From positions 1,160 to 65,159 of the forward strand of contig CAYMSF010000019.1 in assembly GCA_964392985.1 (NCBI GenBank): DNA of 64,000 bases. Direction: 5' to 3'. This DNA comes from an uncultured Victivallaceae bacterium. Lineage in GTDB: Bacteria > Verrucomicrobiota > Lentisphaeria > Victivallales > Victivallaceae. Positions 30,658 through 41,059 of this stretch are shown piece after piece. The position numbers and the translations under genes were made by a program. Numbering within the stretch: position 1 is the stretch's first letter; every line of letters begins with the position of its first letter. Below the pieces are notes generated by a model. The model was not told the origin of the DNA. It ran no database searches and saw only the letters and a program-made list of their open reading frames with translations.

Positions 30658-30736
30658 GGTTGATGAATAGAAATATCTGATTTCAAATAATAAAAATGTG
30701 ATTTGTTCCGGATTTAATTACACAACGGGGTTTATT

Positions 30737-33700
30737 ATGACAGTTCAAACAAATTGTTGCCGGCTGATAATCAGCGTGATGGTTTTTTCTCTGATGACGG
30801 TTACGTTGCTGGCGCAAAACGCAGACAATGTCCCTTTTGAAAAAATTGTGCCGGCAAATTTGACTCCGGAACAACGTGACAGCGTCAATCTTGAACCTGA
30901 ATACTCTGATGCTTTTTATGGTCAAGTGGATCGTCTCTACCTTAATGGATTCTGGAAGTTCAAACCAGTGTTGAACCTGTTAAAACGTGACGGCAGTAAA
31001 ATTGTTGCGATTGATCCTAAAGCAATTACTCCGCCAGTTTCTGACGTTGGTCTGGAAAAAGGTTATTTCCGCGCGGATTATGATGTTTCCGGATGGGAAG
31101 ATATGCCAGTGCCATGGACATGGAACATGCCCGTGGACAGGGGGTTTAAGAAAACTGCTTTTGCCGGTCTGGGATATTACCGTACCGCGTTTCAGATTCC
31201 CGCGGACAAGAAAGGCAAGCGGGTTGTTCTCCATTTTGATTCGGTCAACACCGAATGCAAAGTGTGGCTCAATGGTGTCTTTATCGGCGAACACAAAAAT
31301 GCTCGTTACACCCGTACCATGCCTAATATGATCGGGCGGAAACTGTGGATGGATCAATTTGAACTGGACATTACCGATGTGGCAACTTTTGGACACGTGA
31401 ACACTTTGACTCTGCGCGTTTATGACAGCGGTCAACCGATAGAATGGAACAATATTCCAAACGAAGGTGGTATTGTAGGTCCTGTTCAGGTTGATTTTCG
31501 TGAAACCGTGGATTTTGATGAAATATTGATTACTGCAAGTCCTGACAGCGGCATTGTGACTATCCAGGCGCATGCCGTGAACAAAGGTACTGAACCTGTT
31601 ACTCTTGCGCTGTCGGCGCAAGTTGAACCGTTCAAGTCGAAATTTTATACGCCTCCGGCATCGGCATCGGGTACGGTTGTAGAACTGGGCAAAGTGACCT
31701 TTCCTAAAGGCGAAAGCCGTCATTCATTTTCTTTCAAGATAAAAAATCCGGTATTATGGGACATTAACTGTCCTGCGCTGTACCGGTTGCGCCTTGTTGA
31801 TGGCAAACGGATACTTGGACAGTCACGTTTCGGTTTCCGCAAGATGGAAGTGGCGGGAAAACAGTTTATGCTCAATGGACGCCCGATTTTTCTGCAGGGG
31901 CTTCAGGCGGAACCCTGGGGCATGTATCAACAAATACTGGTGTTCAACAAGGCGGACATCATTCGGCAGGGATGTATATTGTTGAAAGAGGCCGGCTTCA
32001 ACTCCTGGCGGGATAACGGTGGTTTTCAACCCCAGAATCTTACTAAAGTAGTGTTGGATATTCTTGATGAACTTGGTTTTGTCGTCCAAACCGATTTTTC
32101 TCCGGAACTTCGCATGCTGGATCCGGACGAACGCCGCCCGGAAGCAATTACCGCGGTGAAGCTTGGCGATATTCTCAATCCTGACAATTCGATCAGTCCC
32201 TACGGTCAGGCGACACTGCGGCAGTGGCTGGTCTATACCTACAATCACCCGGCAATCTGCCTTTTTACCGGTGGCAATGAAATCGGCTTCCCGAAAGGCG
32301 AAACGGAGAAGACGATGGCAGATTATTTGACGGCCTTTTATGGATACATGAAGGCCAACGACATGCAGAAACGTCCAGTGACATCTTCGGCGGGCTTGAT
32401 GATTTATGGCAAGTGGAAAACTCCGGTTCCCGCCGACTATTATGATTATCACTGTTATGCTGAAGAGGTTATGGGACACATGGATTTCACAACTACCAAT
32501 CAAAACGCGGTATTTAAACGATTGGCGGGTATATATGGCTCGATTGACAAACCGGTAATTCTTGGCGAATGCTGCGGCTACACCTCGGCCAATAATAATC
32601 TCCGTCCTGATTTGCAGGCACTTTTGAAGTCGGATAACATCGACAAGAGCGCTTATGTAAACTGGGCAAATCTTAACAATAACTCTCCGCTGAAGGATTA
32701 TTGGGATATTGTTGCGCGGCAGGGATATGTCACTTATGCCGGAATCCGTTCTGCTGTCAGTCATGAGGCGTTGGTGGAATCCACTGCGAAATTAACAAGC
32801 GAATTTATCCGGCGCTTACGTTCTGATACAGATTTCCATGCCGGTTTTATGACGACGCGACTTGATTTTACCCGGTGGGGACTTGTGCCGGCAAATGCAT
32901 TTTTAACATCCGGCGGGGTGTTGGATATGATTGCAAAAGTGCGGACCAATCCTGAATTTATCGCTCAACGTCAGGCCTTGGCGCCATTGACGGCAATACC
33001 CAATTTGCATGACCGTCACTTTTTTGCCGGAGAGAACGCGAAGATTAAAATTATGTTGCTCAATCAACAGTATGCAACCACAGAAACCAATCTTACCGTC
33101 AATCTCTTAATAAAAGACGGCAATGGGAAAACAATATCTTTTGCTAATGAATCTTATCCGCAAGTACCGGAATATGCCCGCATTGAGCGAACTGTTACGC
33201 GGACCATTCCAACTGATTGTCCTGCCGGAGATTACTCGCTGGTTGTATCATTGCGGCGTGGCGATGGGGTCGTTAATGAAATCGCCACACCGATATCCGT
33301 ATTTGTCCGGAATAAACCTGCGGTGGAGGTGGTTCGTAAAATAGCGTTTTATAATCGGGAGACGAAGGGCGAAAAGTCAACACGACATCTTCTCGAAGAT
33401 CTGGCAATACCTCATACTCCGGTTAATGATATGCATCGAATTGACGACTTCGATTTGCTGATTATTGGTGCAAATTCCCTTGATTCAACTTTTACAAATA
33501 ACGTTAGCGTGGAAAAAATAGAGAAATGGTTGAAAAATGGCGGGCGCATCGTCTGCTTTGAACAAGCCAAAGAAGGAGCAGTACCATTTGTTGAGGGAAT
33601 GAAATATAAACCTGCCGGAAATATGCTCTTTGCCGATGTCATTGACGGTGTTCATCCCGTTTTGTCAGGGTTGAACCGTGGAAACTGGGAACTTTGGAAC

Positions 33701-34051
33701 GGTGAAGGAGTGAAGACCGGTCATGCTGTCGATGCCGGTCCAAAATCAGTTTACAGGACATTGTTGATACCGATGCCGCAAAGTGTGGTTATCAGTGGCG
33801 CAAACCGTACCTGGCGGGACAAAGATCCGCTGATTTTCGGGATGGTTGCAGGCGAAGTGAAAGTTGGCAAAGGCATGGTTTTCTTCTCTCAACCATTGGC
33901 AACTGCCCGTTACGGCAGCGACCCGGTTGCAACTGTTTATTTACAGAATGTCTTGCAATATACCCTTGGCAAGCAGTGGACTGGCGAATTTGCCAAACCT
34001 GTAAACAATGTCAATAATAGTCAAGATATGAAGAAAGAGACAATAAAATGA
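30737..34051 (+). CDS. glycoside hydrolase family 2 protein (beta-galactosidase/mannosidase/glucuronidase-type)
   Basis: Start at ATG 30737 (signal peptide; the track ORF starts at 30698). GH2 sugar-binding domain: GWEDMPVPWTW...YYRTAFQIPADKKGKRVVLHFDSVNTECKVWLNGVFIGEH...FELDIT. Ends in an ATGA overlap with the next gene. Confidence 0.85.
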   Translation: MTVQTNCCRLIISVMVFSLMTVTLLAQNADNVPFEKIVPANLTPEQRDSVNLEPEYSDAFYGQVDRLYLNGFWKFKPVLNLLKRDGSKIVAIDPKAITPPVSDVGLEKGYFRADYDVSGWEDMPVPWTWNMPVDRGFKKTAFAGLGYYRTAFQIPADKKGKRVVLHFDSVNTECKVWLNGVFIGEHKNARYTRTMPNMIGRKLWMDQFELDITDVATFGHVNTLTLRVYDSGQPIEWNNIPNEGGIVGPVQVDFRETVDFDEILITASPDSGIVTIQAHAVNKGTEPVTLALSAQVEPFKSKFYTPPASASGTVVELGKVTFPKGESRHSFSFKIKNPVLWDINCPALYRLRLVDGKRILGQSRFGFRKMEVAGKQFMLNGRPIFLQGLQAEPWGMYQQILVFNKADIIRQGCILLKEAGFNSWRDNGGFQPQNLTKVVLDILDELGFVVQTDFSPELRMLDPDERRPEAITAVKLGDILNPDNSISPYGQATLRQWLVYTYNHPAICLFTGGNEIGFPKGETEKTMADYLTAFYGYMKANDMQKRPVTSSAGLMIYGKWKTPVPADYYDYHCYAEEVMGHMDFTTTNQNAVFKRLAGIYGSIDKPVILGECCGYTSANNNLRPDLQALLKSDNIDKSAYVNWANLNNNSPLKDYWDIVARQGYVTYAGIRSAVSHEALVESTAKLTSEFIRRLRSDTDFHAGFMTTRLDFTRWGLVPANAFLTSGGVLDMIAKVRTNPEFIAQRQALAPLTAIPNLHDRHFFAGENAKIKIMLLNQQYATTETNLTVNLLIKDGNGKTISFANESYPQVPEYARIERTVTRTIPTDCPAGDYSLVVSLRRGDGVVNEIATPISVFVRNKPAVEVVRKIAFYNRETKGEKSTRHLLEDLAIPHTPVNDMHRIDDFDLLIIGANSLDSTFTNNVSVEKIEKWLKNGGRIVCFEQAKEGAVPFVEGMKYKPAGNMLFADVIDGVHPVLSGLNRGNWELWNGEGVKTGHAVDAGPKSVYRTLLIPMPQSVVISGANRTWRDKDPLIFGMVAGEVKVGKGMVFFSQPLATARYGSDPVATVYLQNVLQYTLGKQWTGEFAKPVNNVNNSQDMKKETIK

Positions 34052-35376
34052 TGTTAAATAAAATACTAAAAAGTGTTATATCAGTGGCGATTTTGATGGC
34101 TTTGATTATGACCGTTACCGCTAATGATGATGTTTCCGGCACAAAACAATCAACCAGTGACGTTATCGAAAAAGCGCATAATGTCCTTTGGAGTTTCTTT
34201 GTTGACCGGCATGGCATTATTTTGGATTATGTCGGAGAAGTACCAACACCGGAAGATTGCGCATTGGGAAAACCGAATGCCATCGGATGGTGGAGCCCAA
34301 TTGAAAATGGTCCGATGTACACCGGTGTCTATCTGGCGGCAATGTGCGAACGTGCGCGACGCACCGGCGAACCCGCAGATAAGGGCAACGCAAAAACACT
34401 GGCAAAAGGATTACTAAAATGTGCATCGGTGTCGGATGTGCCTGGAATGATTGTGCGGGGCATAGCCAGTGACGGCAAAAGCCATTATCCGCTCGGTTCT
34501 GATGACCAGACCCATCCATGGTTTCTCGGCCTGTATGTTTACTGGAAGAGTGATCTCTCCTCAGAAACAGAGAAAAAGGAAATCGTCAATAAGGTAAAGG
34601 AAGTTGCCGGGGCGCTTGAGTCAAATGGCTGGAACTGCCCCTGTGACGGCGCTTTCAAAAAACAATTCCGTGGAGGATTTAATGAAGGCGATTTTCGAGC
34701 CGCGGTGCGCTATTTATTCATGCTGAAAGCCGTTTACGAAATGACTGGTGACGCTGTCTGGTTGGAACGTTATAAAACTGCGATGACCGAACGCCCTGGA
34801 AAACGCGGACTTACTCGGTTGGAATTATGTTCTGCCGGTTATGGTCCTGACATCGAATACCACAAATGGGATAAAAAAACATGGGCGTGGTGGACTTGGA
34901 TATACGTTGGCGCGCAGTCATCATTAAAGCAGCTTGTCGATATGGAAACAGATCCGGAGATCAAGGCAAAGTATCAGGCCGGGCTTGCTGCCAGTGCCAA
35001 AGAAGCACTGAAAGAACTGGCCCAATACAATAAATTTGATAATCAGGATACTAAACTTTTCGGAGAGAGCAAATGGCGTGAAGTATATACCGAGTGGTTT
35101 CCGCAAAAAACTCAGGCAGACGCGGGAAAACTTTCTGACCGTCGTAATCAACAGAAAGGCGGTGAGCGTTCTAACTACGAAAAACGATTAATGGGATCGC
35201 CGTTGGCGGCAGCGGTTATCGTGGCAACCGCCGGTAATCCTGCACACTTTGAGCTGGTGGCAAAAGCCATAAATCATTACGACTATGAAAAACTTTTTCA
35301 ATCGCGTTTCCTCTATGCGGAATGCGCTTATTACGCCTGTCCTGCAGGTTTTGATTCTAATAAAACCGGTAAATAA
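34048..35376 (+). CDS. secreted protein of unnamed family (paralog of 28831-30657, lacks the C-terminal domain)
   Basis: Collinear with and roughly 70% identical to the 28831 product (e.g. GKSHYPLGSDDQTHPWFLGLYVYWKS is identical in both). Translationally coupled to GH2. Confidence 0.8.
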   Translation: MMLNKILKSVISVAILMALIMTVTANDDVSGTKQSTSDVIEKAHNVLWSFFVDRHGIILDYVGEVPTPEDCALGKPNAIGWWSPIENGPMYTGVYLAAMCERARRTGEPADKGNAKTLAKGLLKCASVSDVPGMIVRGIASDGKSHYPLGSDDQTHPWFLGLYVYWKSDLSSETEKKEIVNKVKEVAGALESNGWNCPCDGAFKKQFRGGFNEGDFRAAVRYLFMLKAVYEMTGDAVWLERYKTAMTERPGKRGLTRLELCSAGYGPDIEYHKWDKKTWAWWTWIYVGAQSSLKQLVDMETDPEIKAKYQAGLAASAKEALKELAQYNKFDNQDTKLFGESKWREVYTEWFPQKTQADAGKLSDRRNQQKGGERSNYEKRLMGSPLAAAVIVATAGNPAHFELVAKAINHYDYEKLFQSRFLYAECAYYACPAGFDSNKTGK

Positions 35377-35581
35377 ATATATATACTCAACCTTATTGAG
35401 TATAACATAGACTTGGTTTAATGTCTTGAGTTGTCCATTTAGCAACATATTAATTGCCTGTCTCCGAAATGACACGGGCAAGGCAAGACAAAGACAGCAA
35501 TTGTCTCGTATTATTGACACTGCTGGATGATGAATTGGAACAAAAATTAAACTATATAGGAACAATATCTACCATTTTGCA

Positions 35582-35637
35582 TTAACAAATTTGTAATAAA
35601 AACCGGAATGGCTATATTAATTTAACAAATTTGTAAT
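35582..35637 (+). promoter_or_regulatory. pair of 16-mer repeats upstream of the sigma-54 activator gene (candidate autoregulatory sites)
   Basis: TTAACAAATTTGTAAT at 35582-35597 and 35622-35637 (exact copies, 40-bp period). The core ACAAATTTGT is a perfect palindrome. 13/16 match to the 8846 motif. Confidence 0.35.
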
Positions 35638-35697
35638 TCTGTGGGTTGGGTTTATTGATTAAATAACAGTGTAACAATTTTATAGGGGGGGAATTTG

Positions 35698-37230
35698 ATG
35701 GATAAGCCTGGAAACCTTGAAATGGCGGTCTTAAATCAGATCAGCCATGTATTAGTGCATCAAAAAAATGTTTCGGCATTGATGAAAGAGATTTTGGATA
35801 TTCTTTACCGCGAAATGGGGTTAAAGCGCGGAACTTTCACGCTACGACGCGGAGATGTACTGTTTATTGAAGCGTCTCACGGGTTGAGTGATGCTGAAAT
35901 AACCCGGGGCAAATATCATATTGGCGAGGGCATTACCGGAAAGGTGGCGGCGACATGTCAACCACTGGTCATTCCGGATATTTCTCAGGAACCTGGATTC
36001 CTGGATCGTACTCAGGCGCGTTCTACCGAGAGGAACATTGCGTTCATTTGTGTTCCTGTTATCCATGATGGCGAAGCAATCGGAACATTGAGTATTGACC
36101 GGGAGCGGAGTGCTAATATTAACCTGGACCGGGATTTATATCTGGTGGAAACGGTGGCGAACATCGTTGCAGATGCCGTTGCGATGAGCGTGAAAGAACT
36201 TGAAGAACGGGAAAAACTGCTGGATGAAAACCGGCGTTTGAAGATTGAACTTGATAAAAATTTACGCCCGGGAAATATTGTCGGCAATTGCAGCAGTATG
36301 CGCGCTATTTACGCGATGATTGCTCAGGTTGCGGACAGTAGCGCAACAGTGCTGATTCGCGGCAGTTCCGGAACGGGAAAAGAGTTGGTGGCGCGAGCGA
36401 TTCACCATTCCAGCATTCGCAAAGATAAACCGTTCGTCGCGGTTAATTGCGCGGCGCTACCGGAAAATCTGATTGAAAGTGAATTGTTCGGACATGAAAA
36501 GGGTTCGTTTACCGGCGCCGTCAGCCGTCGTACCGGCAGAATTGAATCTGCCAACAACGGGACGTTGTTTCTTGATGAAATTGGTGATCTTGGTCAGGCG
36601 GTACAGGTAAAGTTGCTACGGTTCCTTCAAGAGAAAACTTTTGAGCGCATCGGCAGCAATGAAGAGATCAAAGTCGACGTTAGAATTCTTGCCGCGACCA
36701 GCCGTAATCTGGAAAAATTAATGGTGGAAAACCGTTTTCGTGAAGATTTGTATTACCGGCTGAATGTTTTCCCCATCCACGTTCCTGACTTGAAGGACCG
36801 TCGCGCTGACATCATGTTGCTGGCAGATAACTTTCTCGAAAAATATAACCGGATGTATGACCGCACTATCAAGCGGATTTCAACACCGGCAATCAATATG
36901 ATGATGGCATATCATTGGCCCGGCAATGTCCGGGAGCTGGAAAACTGCATTGAAAGAGCCGTTCTGACTGCCAATGACGATGTTATTCATGGTTATAACC
37001 TGCCTCCGTCTCTGCAAACGGGTCAGGCGACAAATACGGCTACGATTGTTCCAGAGAAAAATGCCGACATGGATACTTTGGTCTCATCGTTTGAGCGTGA
37101 ATTGATCGTTGATGCTTTAAAACTGAAGCGCGGCAACGTTGCGGCCGCCGCCAGACAACTCGGCATTACTCAGCGTATAATTCATTATAAAATAAAAAAA
37201 CTGGCGATATGCAGCACGATGTACACATGA
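35698..37230 (+). CDS. sigma-54-dependent transcriptional activator, GAF-AAA+-Fis HTH (NifA-like architecture)
   Basis: GAF N-terminus. Walker [24 protein letters not shown] (GAFTGA variant). C-terminal [20 protein letters not shown]. An ATG at 35698 follows TTG 35695, with AGGGGGG upstream. Confidence 0.9.
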   Translation: MDKPGNLEMAVLNQISHVLVHQKNVSALMKEILDILYREMGLKRGTFTLRRGDVLFIEASHGLSDAEITRGKYHIGEGITGKVAATCQPLVIPDISQEPGFLDRTQARSTERNIAFICVPVIHDGEAIGTLSIDRERSANINLDRDLYLVETVANIVADAVAMSVKELEEREKLLDENRRLKIELDKNLRPGNIVGNCSSMRAIYAMIAQVADSSATVLIRGSSGTGKELVARAIHHSSIRKDKPFVAVNCAALPENLIESELFGHEKGSFTGAVSRRTGRIESANNGTLFLDEIGDLGQAVQVKLLRFLQEKTFERIGSNEEIKVDVRILAATSRNLEKLMVENRFREDLYYRLNVFPIHVPDLKDRRADIMLLADNFLEKYNRMYDRTIKRISTPAINMMMAYHWPGNVRELENCIERAVLTANDDVIHGYNLPPSLQTGQATNTATIVPEKNADMDTLVSSFERELIVDALKLKRGNVAAAARQLGITQRIIHYKIKKLAICSTMYT

Positions 37231-37298
37231 AGCATCACCGGTTATGCTGGAACATTGGCAATAACAAGCAATAAACCGGACATTTAAGGGGTATTTTT

Positions 37299-39509
37299 AT
37301 GTTGCTGGATCAGTTAGTCGGCTCTTGCCGCCATAACGTGGTTGCCATTGAACCCGGCGCCACGTCCGGTGCGGTTATCTATTCCCGTGATTCTGTCGGG
37401 GTTAAACGTGAAGATATTTCTTTTCAACCTTTCATTCTAATCGCTGATACCGGGCTGATGAGTGGAATTAATGTACCCTTTGAGGTTGACCAACTGTCCG
37501 GAGAAAATAAATTCAAATACCGCATCCGGGTTTCGGATTTTTCAGGATATAATGCCGCGTTGGACTGGCTGAAACTAAAAGCCGGATTAAGTAACTCCGC
37601 CACCAATAACTCTTATCGGATTTTTTCAGATGAGATTCAACAAATTCTTACCGCTGGCGGTTTCAGGTCTTTCCGGGGCATGAACTTTGGTGATTTGCGC
37701 CGGATGCAATTTGATATTGAAACGCTCAAAGCGCCGGGGTTTGAATTTTCCAACCCGGAACGCGAGGAGGATGCAATTATTGTTATCGCGATGTCCGACA
37801 GCACCGGCTGGGAACAACTTTTGAGTACGGATAACATGAGCGAAAAGGAGTTGCTTGAACGTTTTGTCGCAACCGTCATTGAACGCGACCCTGATGTGCT
37901 TGAGGGACATAATATTTGCCGGTTCGATTTGCCGTTCATAGAAACCAGAGCGAAACGGCACCGGGTAAAACTTAAGCTTGGTCGCGATAACAGCATAATA
38001 GCCAAACGCAATTCGCGTTTCAATGCCGCAGAACGTACTATTAATTATGTTCGTTATGACATTTTCGGTCGACATGTTGTTGACACATATCATCAGACGC
38101 TCTTTTACGATATCAGTCATCGCAATCTGGAAAGTTACGGTTTAAAATATGTGGCAAAACACTTTGGAGTTGCCGCACCGAACCGCACCTATCTTGACGG
38201 GAAAGATATTGACCACGCCTGGCATAATGACCGTCAACGTCTGCTGGCTTATGCTTTAGATGACGTCCGGGAAACCAGAGCAATCAGTAATATCTTTTCG
38301 CCAAGTTATTTCTATCAGGCGCAATTGATTCCAATGAAGTATCAGGACTGTGTAATCCGTGGAAATGCCACCTGCATTGACGCACTGTTGACGGCGGAAT
38401 ATTTATCCGCCGGCGCCAGTTTGCCGGAACCGGAGTCGCCAAAACCTTTTGCCGGAGGCTTGACACAATCGTTTAAAACAGGAGTTTTCAAAAACGTATG
38501 GCATTGTGACGTACGTTCACTTTATCCCTCAATTATTCTTGCCTCAAGATGGTGTCCGCGCCAGGATTATATGAACACGTTTCCCCGTTTGCTCTGTGCC
38601 TTGCGGCAGTTCAGATTGAATGCCAAGGATGCGGAAAAGGCAGCGACCGACCCGGCTGAAAAGGATGGATTTAATGCACTGCAGACAACATTTAAGATTC
38701 TGATCAATTCTTTTTACGGTTATCTGGGGTTCGGGCAGGGTACATTCAACGATTATGATATGGCGGAGCGGGTTACCGCGCAAGGTCGTGAAATTTTGAC
38801 GACCATGCTTGACACCTTGAATAAAACAGGTGCAAATGTACTGGAAATGGACACGGACGGTATCTATTTCCAACCGCCGGACCATATTGCGGAGACCGCC
38901 ACGATTGAAAAGATTGTCCAAAGTTCACTGCCGGAAGGAATTGATGTTGAACTTGATGACACTTATCCCGCGATGTTCTGCTACAAAAGTAAAAATTATG
39001 CGCTGCTTGAACAGGACGGGGCTATTTCTTTAACCGGGGCGGCGCTCAAATCACGTGGTCTTGAGGCGTTTCAACGCGAATTTATTGAGAGCTTATTGAC
39101 TCATCTGCTCCGGGAGGAACCGGAAAAGATTTCGTTGCTTATCAGCGAATTCCGTGATGCCATCGCCAATCACAAATGGCCCCTGGAAAAGCTGGCCAAA
39201 ACCGAAACACTGAGCGATTCAATTGACTCATATAAGAAAAAAATTGCCGGAGGCGATTCACGCCGGAGCGCCGCCTATGAACTGGCAATCGCCTCAAAAC
39301 GGGATTACCGGCGCGGCGATCAAGTATCATTTTACATTACAGGAAACAAACGCAAGGCCTCTGTCGTTGATAATGCCAGATTGCTTGCCGATGCCATACC
39401 CGAACTACGGGATGAAAATATTCCATATTACAGTGGAAAACTTGAAGAACTTATTGAGAAATTTGCAGAATTTATTCCGCATCAGAAAAAAGACGGACAA
39501 TTATTGTAG
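37299..39509 (+). CDS. polB: family B DNA polymerase (Pol II-like)
   Basis: Exo I FDIET, Exo II HNICRFDLPF, Exo III YALDDVRET. Pol motif A DVRSLYPSII, motif B KILINSFYGYLG, motif C EMDTDGIYF. All catalytic residues are present. Confidence 0.9.
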   Translation: MLLDQLVGSCRHNVVAIEPGATSGAVIYSRDSVGVKREDISFQPFILIADTGLMSGINVPFEVDQLSGENKFKYRIRVSDFSGYNAALDWLKLKAGLSNSATNNSYRIFSDEIQQILTAGGFRSFRGMNFGDLRRMQFDIETLKAPGFEFSNPEREEDAIIVIAMSDSTGWEQLLSTDNMSEKELLERFVATVIERDPDVLEGHNICRFDLPFIETRAKRHRVKLKLGRDNSIIAKRNSRFNAAERTINYVRYDIFGRHVVDTYHQTLFYDISHRNLESYGLKYVAKHFGVAAPNRTYLDGKDIDHAWHNDRQRLLAYALDDVRETRAISNIFSPSYFYQAQLIPMKYQDCVIRGNATCIDALLTAEYLSAGASLPEPESPKPFAGGLTQSFKTGVFKNVWHCDVRSLYPSIILASRWCPRQDYMNTFPRLLCALRQFRLNAKDAEKAATDPAEKDGFNALQTTFKILINSFYGYLGFGQGTFNDYDMAERVTAQGREILTTMLDTLNKTGANVLEMDTDGIYFQPPDHIAETATIEKIVQSSLPEGIDVELDDTYPAMFCYKSKNYALLEQDGAISLTGAALKSRGLEAFQREFIESLLTHLLREEPEKISLLISEFRDAIANHKWPLEKLAKTETLSDSIDSYKKKIAGGDSRRSAAYELAIASKRDYRRGDQVSFYITGNKRKASVVDNARLLADAIPELRDENIPYYSGKLEELIEKFAEFIPHQKKDGQLL

Positions 39510-39573
39510 GCAATCAGGACAGATTTTGTTTGTTGCAAGCAGTAAGATTTTTTTGGTTTTTTTAAATTAATTT

Positions 39574-39601
39574 GTAACCTTTTTATGACAGATGACGACT
39601 A
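39574..39601 (+). promoter_or_regulatory. candidate ECF-type autoregulated promoter
   Basis: GTAACC (-35-like AAC), then a 17-nt spacer, then CGACTA (-10-like CG-C), about 45 nt upstream of the ECF sigma ATG. Confidence 0.3.
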
Positions 39602-39647
39602 ACAGTTAAAAGCGTGTCGGATATATTGACACGGTTTGGTAATTTAC

Positions 39648-40232
39648 ATGAGTGAACTGAGTGACGCCGAAATAGTCGGCAGTGTGCTTAATGGCGATAT
39701 TGATGCGTTTGGATTGCTGGTAGATCGTTATCAGGCGAAAGTTCTCGCGATTGCCGGACGACGCGTTCCATCATCAGAAGCGCAGGAGATTGCGCAAAGA
39801 ATTTTCATTGCGGCATTCAAGAGTCTGGGCGGGTTTTCCCGGAAAAAACCTTTTGAGCACTGGCTGGCGGGGATTGCTGTACGTAGTTGTTGTGATTACT
39901 GGCGTTCCAGCGGTTACAGCCGGTCGTTACGGTTGGAACCGGACGAAGATTATTGCAACTGGTTTGAAGAAATCGGTCAAGCCAGTTCGGTTGAGCATTG
40001 CGCAACGTTGTTGCAACGGCAGGAGACGGTTGAGATTATGAATTTATGTCTTTCTCAACTAAAACCGGAAGACCGGGCAGTTTTAGAGCTGGTATATTTT
40101 GAAGATTTACCTTTAAAGGAAGTTGCCGGTATGATGGAATGGGGTTTGGCTAAAACTAAAATTAAAGCAATGCGCGCAAGGAATAAGTTGCGGGAGAATA
40201 TAAAACAATTGATGAAGGAACATAAAATATGA
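39648..40232 (+). CDS. ECF (RpoE-like) sigma-70 family sigma factor
   Basis: Region 2 (FGLLVDRYQAKV...FEHWLAGIAVRSCCDYWR) and region 4 (LELVYFEDLPLKEVAGMMEWGLAKTKIKAMRARNKL). ATG at 39648 (the track starts at TTG 39636). Confidence 0.9.
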   Translation: MSELSDAEIVGSVLNGDIDAFGLLVDRYQAKVLAIAGRRVPSSEAQEIAQRIFIAAFKSLGGFSRKKPFEHWLAGIAVRSCCDYWRSSGYSRSLRLEPDEDYCNWFEEIGQASSVEHCATLLQRQETVEIMNLCLSQLKPEDRAVLELVYFEDLPLKEVAGMMEWGLAKTKIKAMRARNKLRENIKQLMKEHKI

Positions 40233-40648
40233 AAAAAGAGATAATAAACTTCCGGTTCAGCAGGTTTCGACGTATTGTCCGCGGTTTTTTTACCGGAAAT
40301 AATTCTGACGTTGATTTGTGTCAGGAAGATTCTCCGGCTGTTGATAATGTTATCGTTGATAATATCGAAAAAGTTTTTAAGTCTGCCTATCAATCATTAC
40401 CCGACACTGTTCATCCATCGGCGGAACTGCGCAGCAATGTGATGAATGCAATCCGCCGGGTAAACCTGCCTAAATCAATATTCCCCTACGAAGAAATAGT
40501 TTGTTGGCGCGCAGCATGGACTTCATTGGCCGCGACCCTGATAATCGCCTCATTGATAGGTTTCATTAATTTAAGGGAGGATGATGGCACGGGCGAGTCC
40601 AGAATTGCTGATAAAATGGTAGCGTATAACGACAACGCTCAGGAGTAA
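40229..40648 (+). CDS. putative anti-sigma factor (single-pass membrane protein)
   Basis: ATGA overlap with the sigma gene. One TM segment (AAWTSLAATLIIASLIGFI). The call rests on position. No zinc-binding anti-sigma motif is seen. Confidence 0.55.
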   Translation: MKKEIINFRFSRFRRIVRGFFTGNNSDVDLCQEDSPAVDNVIVDNIEKVFKSAYQSLPDTVHPSAELRSNVMNAIRRVNLPKSIFPYEEIVCWRAAWTSLAATLIIASLIGFINLREDDGTGESRIADKMVAYNDNAQE

Positions 40649-40658
40649 AGATAATATT

Positions 40659-41057
40659 ATGAAAATGTTTCCTAAATCTAAAAAATTGCGTATTGCGATT
40701 GCAATATTTTTTCTTTCCGGGTTGATTCTCGGTACAACTTGCGGATACTACTGGGGAAAAAACACCCGGCGTGCCAGAATGGCGCCTGGTGAGTTTAAGC
40801 GGTATTTACATGAAAAAACCGTCTCCGAATTGGAATTGACGCCGGAACAGGAAAAACAGATTACCCCGATATTGGAAAGAAAATTTGAGAAGATTAATCA
40901 GATTCGGACACAATCATCCGGTGAACTGATAAAAATCGTTGCCGCCAGTTATGATGAGATGAAAGTTTTTTTAAAACCGGAGCAACAGCCTAAGTTGGAA
41001 GCGATGAAACAACGGAGCGTTACTCGTCTGCAGGAAAAAATCAGGGAGAAATTATAA
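40659..41057 (+). CDS. periplasmic Spy/CpxP-family (LTxxQ) protein
   Basis: N-terminal anchor or signal. LELTPEQEKQITPIL and LKPEQQPKLEAM resemble the paired LTxxQ motifs. Confidence 0.6.
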   Translation: MKMFPKSKKLRIAIAIFFLSGLILGTTCGYYWGKNTRRARMAPGEFKRYLHEKTVSELELTPEQEKQITPILERKFEKINQIRTQSSGELIKIVAASYDEMKVFLKPEQQPKLEAMKQRSVTRLQEKIREKL

Positions 41058-41059
41058 CA

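Noticed and set aside
30980-32764. Very long antisense ORFs inside the GH2 gene (30980-31723, 247 aa; 31823-32764, 313 aa)
   Set aside because: They are fully embedded opposite a GH2 frame that has clear family motifs. Their translations are Arg/Ile/Phe-rich with no recognisable motif, signal or RBS. Stop-codon depletion in the antisense frame of a codon-biased gene is the simpler explanation.
35188-35565. Minus-strand 125-aa ORF spanning the end of 34048-35376 and the downstream intergenic region
   Set aside because: Half of it overlaps a well-supported gene. It has no RBS or motif, and the intergenic part is AT-rich regulatory-looking DNA.
37247-37262. Sigma-54-like CTGGAAC...GCAAT between the EBP gene and polB
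   Set aside because: The GG-to-GC spacing is 7 nt instead of 10, and the -12 element is not TTGC.
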